A DNA stretch of 63,973 bases, filler included, from an uncultured bacterium (GCA_964471275.1; 3 parts of 3 records of this genome joined end to end with filler, not necessarily neighbours in it), one strand, 5' to 3'; shown: positions 48,939 through 61,090, counted from the whole stretch's first letter. Numbers and translations: made by a program. The notes: generated by a model from the letters alone, not told the origin.

Positions 48939-49871
48939 ATGGAGAGTGATAACGGGATGCTGGGTGGCTTCTTCGACAGATTCCGTGAGGGTCTCGCAAA
49001 GACGCGAGACGGCGTATTCGGCCGCATCCGAGAGGTTCTTCGCGGCAAGCCAAGATTGGATGAGGAAACACTTGAGGAAATCGAGGAAATCCTGATCCAG
49101 GCTGACGTGGGCGTCGGCCCGGCTTTGCGCATCATCGATAGGCTTCGGGAGCGATACGAGGAGGCCGACATCGAGGATGTGGAGCGCGCGGTATTCGAAC
49201 TGCTGGAGGAGGAAATCAGTTCGATTCTGATCCCTTCTGATCCACTTGAGCTGAAGGCCACGCCGACGGTCTTTCTGGTCGTTGGCGTGAACGGCGCGGG
49301 CAAGACAACCACGATCGGTAAGCTCGCGAAGCGATATTCGGATGAGGGAAAGAAGGTCCTCATTGCCGCCTGCGACACCTTCCGGGCAGCCGCCATCCAC
49401 CAGATTGAAGTGTGGGCAGATCGGTCAGGCGCCGACATCGTGCGACACCAACCGGGTGCAGATGCGGCATCCGTCGCGTTTGACGCGCTGCAGGCGGCCC
49501 GTGCTCGCGAGGTCGATGTCGTGTTGATCGACACAGCCGGTCGCCTCCACACGAAAATAAACCTCATGGAAGAGGTGAAGAAGATCTCCAGGGTCGTGGG
49601 AAAAGCGATAGAAGGCGCGCCTCACGAAACGCTTCTTGTCATCGACGCTACCACAGGCCAGAACGCGATCGAACAGGCTCGTGCATTCCACCAGCATCTG
49701 GCCCTTACCGGACTGGTCCTAGCAAAACTTGACGGAACGGCGAAGGGCGGCATTGTGATCGCGGTTTCGGATGAGCTCGATATACCGGTAAGGTTGGTCG
49801 GCTTGGGAGAGGGAGCGGAGGATCTTGAAGCGTTCGACCCCAAGGCATTTACGGCTGGGCTCTTAACCTGA
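48939..49871 (+). CDS. ftsY: Signal recognition particle receptor FtsY
   Basis: GL.KTR, GVNGAGKTTTIGKLA, DTFRAAA, DTAGR, DATTGQN, KLDGTAKGG. Confidence 0.97.
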   Translation: MESDNGMLGGFFDRFREGLAKTRDGVFGRIREVLRGKPRLDEETLEEIEEILIQADVGVGPALRIIDRLRERYEEADIEDVERAVFELLEEEISSILIPSDPLELKATPTVFLVVGVNGAGKTTTIGKLAKRYSDEGKKVLIAACDTFRAAAIHQIEVWADRSGADIVRHQPGADAASVAFDALQAARAREVDVVLIDTAGRLHTKINLMEEVKKISRVVGKAIEGAPHETLLVIDATTGQNAIEQARAFHQHLALTGLVLAKLDGTAKGGIVIAVSDELDIPVRLVGLGEGAEDLEAFDPKAFTAGLLT

Positions 49872-50035
49872 CGGAGCACCGTAGTGTCCCGTCTCGCGAG
49901 AAGTTCGTTCTGTCAGAGCCCGTTCCACACCAGAACCGATCCAGCCTCTCGTGAGAGGTACAATCTTGCCCCAGGCCCCCCCCCAAACAAAAACTAAAAC
50001 AAATAACCCTTTCTATTCCAAACACTTAGACCGCC

Positions 50036-50084
50036 TTGACGCTATATGTCGTATACGGTATATTCGACCGCGTCAGTCGAACCG
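50036..50084 (+). promoter_or_regulatory. Sigma70 promoter with an overlapping inverted repeat (possible Rrf2/IscR operator) upstream of iscS
   Basis: TTGACG-N17-TATATT followed by TTCGAC-N7-GTCGAA. Confidence 0.5.
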
Positions 50085-50109
50085 TAGGCCTCCACAGAGT
50101 CATCATACC

Positions 50110-51291
50110 ATGTCTGTAGAACTACCCATCTACATGGACAATCACGCGACGACGTGTGTGGATCCCCGCGTTCTGGAGGAGATGCTCCCCTACTTCGGAC
50201 ATCGTTTCGGGAATGCTGCGAGCCGGACGCACGAGTTCGGTTGGGCCGCCGAATCTGCGGTTGAAGACGCACGTGAGCAAACGGCTGACATACTCGGTGC
50301 AGCACCCAAGGAAATTGTATTCACAAGCGGGGCTACGGAGTCAAGCAACCTCGCGATAAAGGGTGCAGCACAGGCGAACAGGGGCCATGGCAAGCACATC
50401 GTCACGCAGGTGACCGAACACCATGCGACTCTGGATTCGTGCAGCGCGCTGGAGCGCCAGGGATTCGAAGTAACCACGCTGCCAGTCGACAAAACAGGCA
50501 TGATCGATCTGGATCAGTTGTCTGACGCGTTGCGAGACGATACGATCCTAGTAACCCTGATGATCGCCAACAACGAAGTCGGTACAGTTCAGCCAATAGG
50601 CGAGGTCGGCGCTATTTGTAAAGACCGGGGCATACTCCTGCATACTGATGCGGCTCAAGCCATCGGCAAACTCCCCGTTGATATGGACAGGATGGGTATC
50701 GATCTGCTCTCACTTTCAGCACACAAATTCTACGGTCCGAAGGGCGTGGGCGCGTTGTATGTACGGAACCGACCGCGTCCTAAGGTGATCGCACAGATGG
50801 ACGGGGGCGGACACGAGCGAGGACTCCGCTCCGGAACGATGAACGTTCCGGGCATCGTGGGATTGGGTGCAGCGTGCAAGTACGCGCAGCAGGATCTCGA
50901 TCCAGAGTCAGAGCGCATTCGCACACTGCGCGATCGGCTGGAGACCAGCCTGACAGAGCAACTCGACGGCACGCATCTGAATGGCCATCCAGAACACCGT
51001 CTTGACGGTAATCTCAACCTCAGCTTCGACGCCGTCGACGGCGAGAGCTTGTTGATGGGGCTCAAGGACATCGCGCTGTCGTCCGGATCAGCCTGCACGT
51101 CGGCGAGCCTCGAACCCTCTTATGTGCTTCGAGCGATGGGCGCATCGAATGATCTGGCTCAGAGCAGCACACGATTCGGGGTTGGCCGGTTCAATACTGA
51201 AGAGGAAGTCGACTACGTGTGCGATCGCGTGGCGGTGGAAGTTAAGCGACTTCGTGAGATATCGCCTCGTTACCGTAGCCAAGAATCCTGA
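50110..51291 (+). CDS. iscS: Cysteine desulfurase IscS
   Basis: [59 protein letters not shown]. Confidence 0.95.
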   Translation: MSVELPIYMDNHATTCVDPRVLEEMLPYFGHRFGNAASRTHEFGWAAESAVEDAREQTADILGAAPKEIVFTSGATESSNLAIKGAAQANRGHGKHIVTQVTEHHATLDSCSALERQGFEVTTLPVDKTGMIDLDQLSDALRDDTILVTLMIANNEVGTVQPIGEVGAICKDRGILLHTDAAQAIGKLPVDMDRMGIDLLSLSAHKFYGPKGVGALYVRNRPRPKVIAQMDGGGHERGLRSGTMNVPGIVGLGAACKYAQQDLDPESERIRTLRDRLETSLTEQLDGTHLNGHPEHRLDGNLNLSFDAVDGESLLMGLKDIALSSGSACTSASLEPSYVLRAMGASNDLAQSSTRFGVGRFNTEEEVDYVCDRVAVEVKRLREISPRYRSQES

Positions 51292-51308
51292 AAGAAACGG
51301 GAGAACCT

Positions 51309-52124
51309 TTGCAGACACCTGTTCAGCCGCCGCAACCGAAGCCGATCCCGGACGTAAAGCACGTGGTCGCCATATCCAGCTGTAAGGGAGGTGTCGGAAA
51401 ATCGACGGTGTCCGTCAATCTCGCTGTCGCACTCGCCAGGAAGGGCCACGCCGTCGGCCTGCTGGATGCAGACGTGCATGGTCCAAGCCTGCACATCATG
51501 ATGGGCGCGAGTCACGAGCCGGATCAGAAAGAAGGCAAGATCATTCCCGTGCTGGCGCACGGTGTACGGTTCATGTCTCTTGGCCTGATCGCAGGTGAGG
51601 ACACCCCGGTTATCTGGCGTGGACCGATCGTGGGACGGATGCTTCAGCAGTTTCTGGTCGATGTTGACTGGGGTGAGTTGGACTATCTGTTGATCGACTT
51701 ACCGCCGGGCACGGGCGACGCGCAGCTCACACTCGCGCAATCCGTGATCCTGGCCGGAGCGGTGGTTATTACGACTCCACAGATCGTCGCCCAGGAAGAT
51801 GTCGTTAGGGGGGGTGAGATGTTCCTTAAGGTTGGCGTCCCAATCCTGGGTATTGTTGAAAACATGAGCGGCTTTCTCTGTGATTGCGGCCACACAGCGA
51901 CGATTTTCGGCGAAGGCGGTGGCAAGGCGATGGCTGCCCATTTCGGCGTACCAGTATTGGGTGTTATCCCACTGAATTCGACAATCAGAGAAAGTGGTGA
52001 TCGCGGCACCCCGATCGTCAGCGAGTCAGGTCCTATCTCAGATGCGATGAACGCGGCTGCCGACCAGTTGGTGGATCTCGTCGAGGCTGCGGATGTCAGC
52101 GTGCCGGAGATCAACATTTCTTGA
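51309..52124 (+). CDS. mrp: Mrp/NBP35 (ApbC) Fe-S cluster carrier ATPase
   Basis: SCKGGVGKST, DAD.HGPS, WRGP, D.PPGTGD, TTPQ, ENMS; TTG start. Confidence 0.93.
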   Translation: MQTPVQPPQPKPIPDVKHVVAISSCKGGVGKSTVSVNLAVALARKGHAVGLLDADVHGPSLHIMMGASHEPDQKEGKIIPVLAHGVRFMSLGLIAGEDTPVIWRGPIVGRMLQQFLVDVDWGELDYLLIDLPPGTGDAQLTLAQSVILAGAVVITTPQIVAQEDVVRGGEMFLKVGVPILGIVENMSGFLCDCGHTATIFGEGGGKAMAAHFGVPVLGVIPLNSTIRESGDRGTPIVSESGPISDAMNAAADQLVDLVEAADVSVPEINIS

Positions 52125-52237
52125 GGGGTTGTGACCCCCCTCTCGAGTCTCCTATCCTTGGCGCGGAAGTGCCACAAACTTGACCTGTTGCCCGGAGTCC
52201 AGCGGCAGCGGCGGCGAGACATACGAGGAGCCTATAC

Positions 52238-53431
52238 ATGGGCGCAGCATTTCAAGAGTTACTCGATAGAGTGAGGTCTGAAGTATCCAGCGTCTCTGCT
52301 GTCGAGGCAAAGTCCCGGCTCGGAAACGGAGCCCATCCGCTTCTCGTCGACGTCAGAGAGCGTGAGGCCTTTTCCGATGGTTACATACCCGGCGCCGAAA
52401 ACATACCACGCGGCTTCCTGGAACTTCAGATCGAGGGAGTCAGCAACGACAGATCTCGCGTTATCCTCCTCTACGGAGACGATGACCAGTCTCCGCTTGC
52501 GACGCGCGATCTCGTAAACATGGGCTACGAAGACGTCGCCTATATCGATGGGGGTGTCGAGGCCTGGCAGGCCGCAGGTTTTGATATCACCAGAGATCGT
52601 CCACTGAGCAAGGCGGAGACGTTCCGTTACGCCCGTCATTTGCTGGTCCCCGAGGTTGGAGAACGGGGTCAGGGAAAGCTCCTTGATGCAAGCGTCCTGC
52701 TGATCGGCGCGGGCGGACTGGGCAGCCCGGCGGCGTACTACCTCACGGCCGCCGGCGTTGGCACGGTCGGAATCGTTGATGCGGACGTGGTCGATCTGTC
52801 GAACCTACAGCGACAGATTCTGCATGGCACTTCGGACGTAGGCCGACCCAAGGTCGTCTCAGCCTACGAAAAACTGAAAGACCTGAACCCCGCGTGCAAC
52901 GTCATCCCCCATCAAGTCTACATGACATCAGACAACGTGATGGACATCATCGAACCATACGACATCATCGTAAACGGTTGCGACAACTTCCCGACACGCT
53001 ACCTGATCAACGATGCCTGTGTCTTTTCGGGAAAGCCGATCGTCGACGGAAGCATCTTCCGGTTCGACGGCCAGGTCACAATCTTCCCGTGCGACAAAGA
53101 GGGCCCCTGCTATCGATGCCTCTACCCGGAGCCGCCGCCGGCAGAAATGGCACCATCCTGCGCGGAGGCCGGTGTACTCGGAGTACTACCGGGAACGGTT
53201 GGACTCATTCAGGCGACTGAGGTCGTAAAGCTGATCCTGGGAGCGGGTGATCCATTGATCGGCAGGCTGCTGATGTTCGACGCACTCCAGATGTCCTTCA
53301 AGAATTTCAAGATCCGGCGTGACGCGAATTGTCCGGTATGTGGGGACAACCCTGAAATCACAGAGCTCATCGACTACGTTGCTTTCTGCTCGGGGGTCAA
53401 CCTGAACGAGTTACCGAAGATGGCTGAGTAA
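52238..53431 (+). CDS. moeB: MoeB/ThiF adenylyltransferase with an N-terminal rhodanese-like domain
   Basis: DVRE…G.IPGA..IPRG; RYARH, GAGGLGSP, D.SNLQRQ, DNFPTRY, PCYRC, CAEAGVLG, CPVC. Confidence 0.92.
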   Translation: MGAAFQELLDRVRSEVSSVSAVEAKSRLGNGAHPLLVDVREREAFSDGYIPGAENIPRGFLELQIEGVSNDRSRVILLYGDDDQSPLATRDLVNMGYEDVAYIDGGVEAWQAAGFDITRDRPLSKAETFRYARHLLVPEVGERGQGKLLDASVLLIGAGGLGSPAAYYLTAAGVGTVGIVDADVVDLSNLQRQILHGTSDVGRPKVVSAYEKLKDLNPACNVIPHQVYMTSDNVMDIIEPYDIIVNGCDNFPTRYLINDACVFSGKPIVDGSIFRFDGQVTIFPCDKEGPCYRCLYPEPPPAEMAPSCAEAGVLGVLPGTVGLIQATEVVKLILGAGDPLIGRLLMFDALQMSFKNFKIRRDANCPVCGDNPEITELIDYVAFCSGVNLNELPKMAE

Positions 53432-53497
53432 CCTGCCGGGGCTACGGCAGCAACTGGATTTGTGGGCGGTGAGCGTTGACTCATCGCCCACATTCCA

Positions 53498-54247
53498 TTG
53501 TGGAGTGTGATCTTGAGCCAGAACTTCGAAGAACTCGACTACGCGCAGACACCGCTGGGCGAACTCATTTTGCGGCGGCGGAGAGTTCTGTCCATCGATC
53601 AGGATATCTACGAGGTCAAGTTGGACGACAGTTTCCTGATGTCCAGCCTGGTCAATGTATCGGAAATCGCACTGGCTGACCGGTGTCTCGAAAAGCTAGG
53701 TGGACGCGAAATCGACGTAGCTGTTGGTGGCCTCGGACTCGGATACACGGCACAGGCATCCCTCGCACATTCGAACGTTCGGTCACTTGTGGTGATCGAG
53801 TATCTGTCTGATGTCATTGGCTGGCACGAACGGAAGCTTGTTCCAGCGGCTGAGACATTGGTCAGTGATGACCGCTGTCGGTTCGTCAATGGCGACTTCT
53901 TTGCACTCGCAGGCAACAGGGAGCTCGGTCTGGATCTCGAGCGACCGGGTCGCAGGTTCGACGCCATTCTCGTTGATATCGACCACACGCCGGATTACCT
54001 GCTCGATGCGTCTCACCAGAGCTTCTATAGCGCGGAAGGTCTGGGCACTTTCTCTCAGCATCTGAGCGATCGGGGTGTCTTTGGACTCTGGTCTGCTGGC
54101 ACTCCCGACGACCGCGTCCTTGAGAGATTGTCCACACGCTTCGAATCCGCGGAAGCGTCCGTGGTGGTATTTCGAAACCCTTTACTGTCGATCGACGACC
54201 GGAACACCATCTACATTGGAACGACACCCGTTCGTACGAATGAATAG
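53498..54247 (+). CDS. Spermidine synthase-like SAM-dependent protein (alternative start 53513)
   Basis: TP.G.L.LRRR, FLMSS…SE..LA, VGGLGLGYTA, GDFF, FDAIL.DIDH.P, FY. Confidence 0.8.
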   Translation: MWSVILSQNFEELDYAQTPLGELILRRRRVLSIDQDIYEVKLDDSFLMSSLVNVSEIALADRCLEKLGGREIDVAVGGLGLGYTAQASLAHSNVRSLVVIEYLSDVIGWHERKLVPAAETLVSDDRCRFVNGDFFALAGNRELGLDLERPGRRFDAILVDIDHTPDYLLDASHQSFYSAEGLGTFSQHLSDRGVFGLWSAGTPDDRVLERLSTRFESAEASVVVFRNPLLSIDDRNTIYIGTTPVRTNE

Positions 54248-54251
54248 TGGA

Positions 54252-54285
54252 TAGCTGGCCCGGAGTGCCTACATCCGGCCAGCTA
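54252..54285. terminator. Hairpin, probable terminator
   Basis: TAGCTGGCC…GGCCAGCTA stem right after the stop codon. Confidence 0.5.
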
Positions 54286-54290
54286 CACCA

Positions 54291-55399
54291 ATCAGGGCGA
54301 CTGTCGGGCAGGATGGATTGAGAATCTGCCGCTAGGGTAGTCGATCCGAACGGAACACCCCAGGGTGATGTTGATCCCCAACATCCCGTCAGAGCGTGCG
54401 ATCAGGGCGTCCTTCACGCCTCCAGACCGAAGAGAAGCGACATCCCCTCCTCGTCGAGAAGGCGGACCGTCGGATAGCCCAGCCAGAGCAGGTTTGAGTC
54501 TGTTTCTCGTGACTTGCTCGGTGCAGTCAGCGTCATCTGGCCCTGATCGTAGTCAACAGTGAGGGAAATCCGGCTCAACAAAGGCCATCCGATAATTCCC
54601 TGGATCTGGATCAGGGGTCAATCCGCCGATTCTGAAAACAAGATTGTCCGAATCGATGATCACGACAGGTGATTTTCGACCACCAGGTCGCCAATCGAAA
54701 TCCGCTCAACTGTTGCCGGACGAAACGCAACACAACGACTTGTCGCAGTTCTCACATAGCCTTCACCTGTGGTGATTGGCAGCACCCCACAGGCCCTGGC
54801 CACATCGTCCGTCAGCACGGAAGCACTCGCCCCGATGTCCAGAATGAACGGATACTCATTCCCATTCACTGACACGGCAACTTCCGGCTGACCGGTCAGA
54901 ATTGGACTCATCCCGACCACCACGGGCTTCTCCAGTGTATGAATCCTCTCCGCGGCAACGGACTTGAGTGCGTGCGCAAGCACCAGGGTCTCCTGTCTGG
55001 AATCTGTGCACAGATCAGGATTCTATGCCAACAGCGCCTCAAGCTCCGCCCACGCAGATCGTTGCATCAACGCAAGTGTGAGCAATTCAGAGAAAGAAGA
55101 TCGGAGCTATTCGTCATCTGACAGTGAATCTGTCTTCTTCAGAATCCCCTCAGCACGGTGCTACTGACCTGACACCGCGTGCTCGAGGGCCTCGACAAAC
55201 TGATGGTGGCTCTCCGTAACCGCCAGCCCCTTCGCCTCATTCAACTTGAGATTGCGAATCGCGCCGACCAGAAGTCAACATACTGGTGCACAATCGGCTC
55301 AGGCATCGATTGGACGGGCGTCAAACTGACCTGGTCGGCTCCATCCAGACTATACGCGGCAATCACGCACAAAGTGAGCATTAGAGTCCTTCGGTGCAT
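54291..55399 (-). pseudogene. Degraded exported retropepsin-like (two-domain) aspartyl protease
   Basis: GGAGGAGG-ATG plus signal peptide at 55399. Fragments in different frames with stops between them: V.VNG…FILDIGASAS, GIIGWPLL…VDY, LLFGL(E), DGMLG…IDY. Confidence 0.7.
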
Positions 55400-55666
55400 C
55401 CTCCTCCTCCACGATTGTGTGTCTGTTCAGACCGTCGAGCTATTGCCTTCCCCTATCACAGGGACCCCAGATTTGCAGAAGCGTTTCACCAACCCGATTC
55501 TCTCCGGGTGGCCAAACCCCTGATGGCAATTGTGGGGATTATGGATATCCTGAACACGAGTAGACTCACTCGGCCATCCCGACATTACCGGATATCTCCT
55601 CTGTCTTTCTGTTGCCCACGCAACAATATGGTGCTTTAAAGACCATCATCTCCAGAACATTCATTC

Positions 55667-56113
55667 CTACTTGCCCGAAAATCCTGTTAGGTCAATCCAC
55701 GATAGAGAGATCTCTGAGCAACGGGCACTCCGTTCCCGATGCACCCGACCTCCTCGCTTCAGACAAACCCCATCTCCCCGCCCATCAACCGGATCCTGCT
55801 CTCGTTTGATCCCTCTATTTCGCTCCATCCCTGCCACCATTCGCGAAACGCTCGATCGATTGTTGAATGTCTCGTTGACAGGCTCGCCCTGGATGCAGCC
55901 ATCGCGAAGATAGAGCTGGCTCAATATCACAAACTGCTCCTGGGTAACATCAATACCGAATCGCCTCACGCCACGCTGAAAGTGCCACCTCAGAAACCGG
56001 TGGTTCTGCAGGATCACGAAAGCATGGGCACGGTCTACGCCGAAACCGCTTAATTCTCTTTTTGCTACTATAGCAGCATGAAATACAGACATATTGAGCC
56101 AACTGAGGTACAT
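55667..56113 (-). pseudogene. MarR-family regulator, probably degraded
   Basis: DVTQEQF.IL..L…DG..Q…SSVSRMV..ME….I.R..DP.D.R wHTH pattern; no clean start and a divergent C-terminus. Confidence 0.6.
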
Positions 56114-56116
56114 AAG

Positions 56117-56147
56117 AAAAGCGGCTGCCCGTCACCAGGCAGCCGCT
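56117..56147 (-). terminator. groESL intrinsic terminator
   Basis: AGCGGCTGCC…GGCAGCCGCT stem with a U tail on the minus strand. Confidence 0.8.
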
Positions 56148-56171
56148 CATCACATCGTGTATCTCTGCTTC

Positions 56172-58108
<1,937 letters not shown>

Positions 58109-58154
58109 ACGACAACCTCCTATAAAACAACGAGTTGTAGAATGATTCGTTCAG

Positions 58155-58181
58155 TTAGCACTCTATTATGCCGAGTGCTAA
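58155..58181. promoter_or_regulatory. CIRCE element (HrcA operator)
   Basis: Perfect TTAGCACTC-N9-GAGTGCTAA upstream of groES; a TTGCAG-N17-TATATT promoter lies at 58190-58218 on the minus strand. Confidence 0.97.
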
Positions 58182-58279
58182 CAACGCAGAATATATCAAG
58201 TCTTCAGATCGCCTGCAAGCCCAAAATTCCCAAAAAAATGAAGACACGAAAACGGATAGGAGCGAGAACCGTCGCTTCG

Positions 58280-58738
58280 CTACTTTCCCTGGTAGAGATC
58301 CTGGAAGGTGCGCGTCAGATCGTGAAGTCTTCTCGCATTGGCCACATCCGTCGTCTGCTTGCACTTCATAGCTGTGCGGATCATCTGGTGCAGGACCGCC
58401 AGCTTCGCGTGATACGCCCCTTCCGCGTCCGTATCCCCCGGGGGAGGCTCCTTGATCCGCTGAGCGAGGAAATACTGTGAAACGACCTCGCGGATGTGGT
58501 CCGCGTGGGTTTCCTTATTGCCTACCCAGCGCACGAGCTGATTGGCGTTCTTGGCTGGATCGACGGACAGTTCTTTGATCAGATTCATCGACTTCTCGAT
58601 CGTCGTGATATCCTCGAGAAGGGAGGCGAAGCGACCAGCGTCACCGTAGATGCCACACGGAATCTCACAATGCCCAGACACGATCTTCGGAGCAACGATC
58701 ACTGCAACAACGGCCATGAATGTGCGGAAAAGACGCAT
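58280..58738 (-). CDS. sodN: Nickel superoxide dismutase with a signal-peptide-like leader
   Basis: Ni-hook HCEIPCGIY after a 22-aa leader; NQ.VRW…KE.HA, YF..QR.K, M..KQ. Confidence 0.92.
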   Translation of the reverse strand: MRLFRTFMAVVAVIVAPKIVSGHCEIPCGIYGDAGRFASLLEDITTIEKSMNLIKELSVDPAKNANQLVRWVGNKETHADHIREVVSQYFLAQRIKEPPPGDTDAEGAYHAKLAVLHQMIRTAMKCKQTTDVANARRLHDLTRTFQDLYQGK

Positions 58739-58862
58739 AGCGGCCTCCAGATTCAGGTGTCCTGCCCAAACTCCGATCGGGTTTAGGCGATTGGTTGATC
58801 AATACGGAATCGTCGTGTATATTCAAGCCAGTTGGCAAGAGCGGGCATAAAAGTAGGGTGAC

Positions 58863-61079
58863 GTGACAGATGCGTCAAGCGGGGACCACCTGACGGACAC
58901 GAACTCGATCACTCGAGACGGGATCCTCGCGCACCTGTCAGAGAAAGCACAACGCCCCCTCAAAGTTCGTGAACTGGCCAAGCAAATGGAGGTCCCGGAG
59001 AGTGACTATCGGACCTTCAGACGCACCGTCCAGAAGCTCGAAAGAGACGGAGCGATCGTCCGGTTGAAGGGCAGCCGTTACGCGCCGGGCGAGAGTCAGA
59101 ATCTGATCACCGGACGGCTGTCAGTCACCTCGGCCGGGTTCGGTTTTGTGGCTACCGAGGGCACGAGCACAGAAGTGTTTGTGCCGGCGACGGGGCTCGG
59201 TTCTGCACACCATACGGATCGCGTGCTCGTCAAGGTCACGCGTCGTGGCGGGCAACGAGCACAAGCGGAAGGGGAAGTCACAAAAGTCCTCGAGCGTGGG
59301 CTGAGTGAGTTTGTTGGGACTTTCCACCGTAAAGGCCGGTTCTGCTACGTCGAACCAGACGATGCCCGATTCGGAACGATCATTCACGTCCCGCCGGGTC
59401 TGACCGAGAACGCGGATCACGGCGAAGTCGTCGCAGTTAGAATCGATACGTGGGATACTCACCATCGGCCTCCCGAAGGAAGAGTGTCCGAGCGCCTAGG
59501 TGATCGTGACGATCCCGAGGTTGACGCAAAAGCGGTGATACTCGCACATCAACTCCCTCGCGAGTTCCCCCCGCACGTGCAGTCTGCAGCAGACAATATC
59601 CCCGGTAACATCCCCCACGGAGCGGAGACGGATCGCGAGGACCTGAGACACCTGGTCTGTTTCACGATCGACCCGGCTGGTGCTCGTGATTTTGACGATG
59701 CACTCTCGTTCGAGGAACTCGAGAACGGGCACCGACGTGTCGGCATACACATTGCCGACGTCAGTTATTACGTCACCGAGGGTGATCCGATCGATCACGA
59801 AGCGATGGCGCGAGGCACGAGCGTCTACCTGGTCGACGCGGTGGTCCCGATGCTGCCGGAGAACCTTTCGAACGGGATCTGTTCCCTGCGTCCGAACGAG
59901 GACCGACTGGCCTTCAGTGTCTTCGTAGATTTTGACGACCAGAACACGATTGTCACCAGTAAGATTGTGTCGACGATCATCAACAGTGACGCACGCCTGA
60001 CCTATGAGCAGGCGCAGGGGGCGATCGACGGGAGTATGGACTGGGGAGGAATCGGCGATGCTGTCCGAAGCCTCGAAAGACTCAGACGAACGCTCACGGA
60101 GCAGCGACTCATCGATGGGGCTGTTGACTTTGACCTGCCCGAACCGGAGTTCGAACTCGATGATTCGGCCACACCCATATCGATCAGGGCAAAAGAGCGG
60201 CTGAACAGCCATAGACTCGTCGAAGAGTTCATGCTCCTGGCCAATCGAACCGTCGCAGAGCAACTGACGAGTTCAGACATCCCCTGTCTATACCGCGTCC
60301 ACGGTTCACCCGACCCGGATAAGCTGGAAGGCTTCAAGCACATCGCGGGGTCGTTTGGAGTACGGATCGGTAAGGACGCCTTCGCGACAGGGAAAGCGAT
60401 ATCGAATTTCCTGCACTCCGTGTCCGACAAGAGGGTTGCGACAGTCTTGAATGAGCGGCTGCTGAGATCGATGAAGAAGGCAGAATATACGCCACGGAAC
60501 ATCGGTCACTTTGGCCTGGCGATGCCCGACTACACGCATTTTACATCCCCCATTCGCAGGTATCCGGATCTGATGATTCACAGGATTCTACGTGATTACC
60601 TAAACGATGGGATCGGTAAGGACCGATCTGACGTTCTTACCGAGCGTCTCCCCCATCTTGGTGAGCTTTCGACGCGACGCGAAGTCATCGCACAGGGGGC
60701 TGAGTGGGATTCGATCAAGATCAAACAGGCCCGCTACCTAAGCGAACGACTCGGCGAGCACTTTGATGGTACCGTCGTCGGTGTACGTTCGATGGGATTC
60801 TTCGTACGAATCGACGACGTTCTCGCCGATGGGTTAATCCACGTACGAACGCTTGCAGATGATTACTACTTGTACAACGAAGCAGATGCATCGCTTACGG
60901 GAGAGCGAACAGGCCGGATGTTCCGGCTTGGAGACCGGGTCACCGTGGAAGTCGCAAGAGCAGACTGGAAACAGAAACAGGTTGACCTCCTCCTGGCCGA
61001 AGAACCGGATGAGAGTCAACCGAAACGCAGGCAGAAATATGGAGGGCGTGGTCGGCGAGGCCACGGAAAATCTCGCTAG
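58863..61079 (+). CDS. rnr: Ribonuclease R
   Basis: N-terminal HTH, GFGFV cold-shock domain, TIDP..ARDFDDA, RGTSVY, EEFMLLAN, HFGLA…YTHFTSPIRRYPD, S1 domain, basic tail. Confidence 0.97.
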   Translation: MTDASSGDHLTDTNSITRDGILAHLSEKAQRPLKVRELAKQMEVPESDYRTFRRTVQKLERDGAIVRLKGSRYAPGESQNLITGRLSVTSAGFGFVATEGTSTEVFVPATGLGSAHHTDRVLVKVTRRGGQRAQAEGEVTKVLERGLSEFVGTFHRKGRFCYVEPDDARFGTIIHVPPGLTENADHGEVVAVRIDTWDTHHRPPEGRVSERLGDRDDPEVDAKAVILAHQLPREFPPHVQSAADNIPGNIPHGAETDREDLRHLVCFTIDPAGARDFDDALSFEELENGHRRVGIHIADVSYYVTEGDPIDHEAMARGTSVYLVDAVVPMLPENLSNGICSLRPNEDRLAFSVFVDFDDQNTIVTSKIVSTIINSDARLTYEQAQGAIDGSMDWGGIGDAVRSLERLRRTLTEQRLIDGAVDFDLPEPEFELDDSATPISIRAKERLNSHRLVEEFMLLANRTVAEQLTSSDIPCLYRVHGSPDPDKLEGFKHIAGSFGVRIGKDAFATGKAISNFLHSVSDKRVATVLNERLLRSMKKAEYTPRNIGHFGLAMPDYTHFTSPIRRYPDLMIHRILRDYLNDGIGKDRSDVLTERLPHLGELSTRREVIAQGAEWDSIKIKQARYLSERLGEHFDGTVVGVRSMGFFVRIDDVLADGLIHVRTLADDYYLYNEADASLTGERTGRMFRLGDRVTVEVARADWKQKQVDLLLAEEPDESQPKRRQKYGGRGRRGHGKSR

Positions 61080-61090
61080 GAAATCCGGGG

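Noticed and set aside
49976..50002. Poly-C / A-rich tract as a phase-variation element
   Set aside because: It is intergenic and upstream of the -35 box, so it changes neither promoter spacing nor a reading frame; no evidence of variation.
47942..50110. parS site or SRP RNA near parB/ftsY
   Set aside because: No TGTTTCACGTGAAACA-like palindrome or SRP domain IV motif was seen. The hairpin at 48912-48933 is only a short stem without a U tail.
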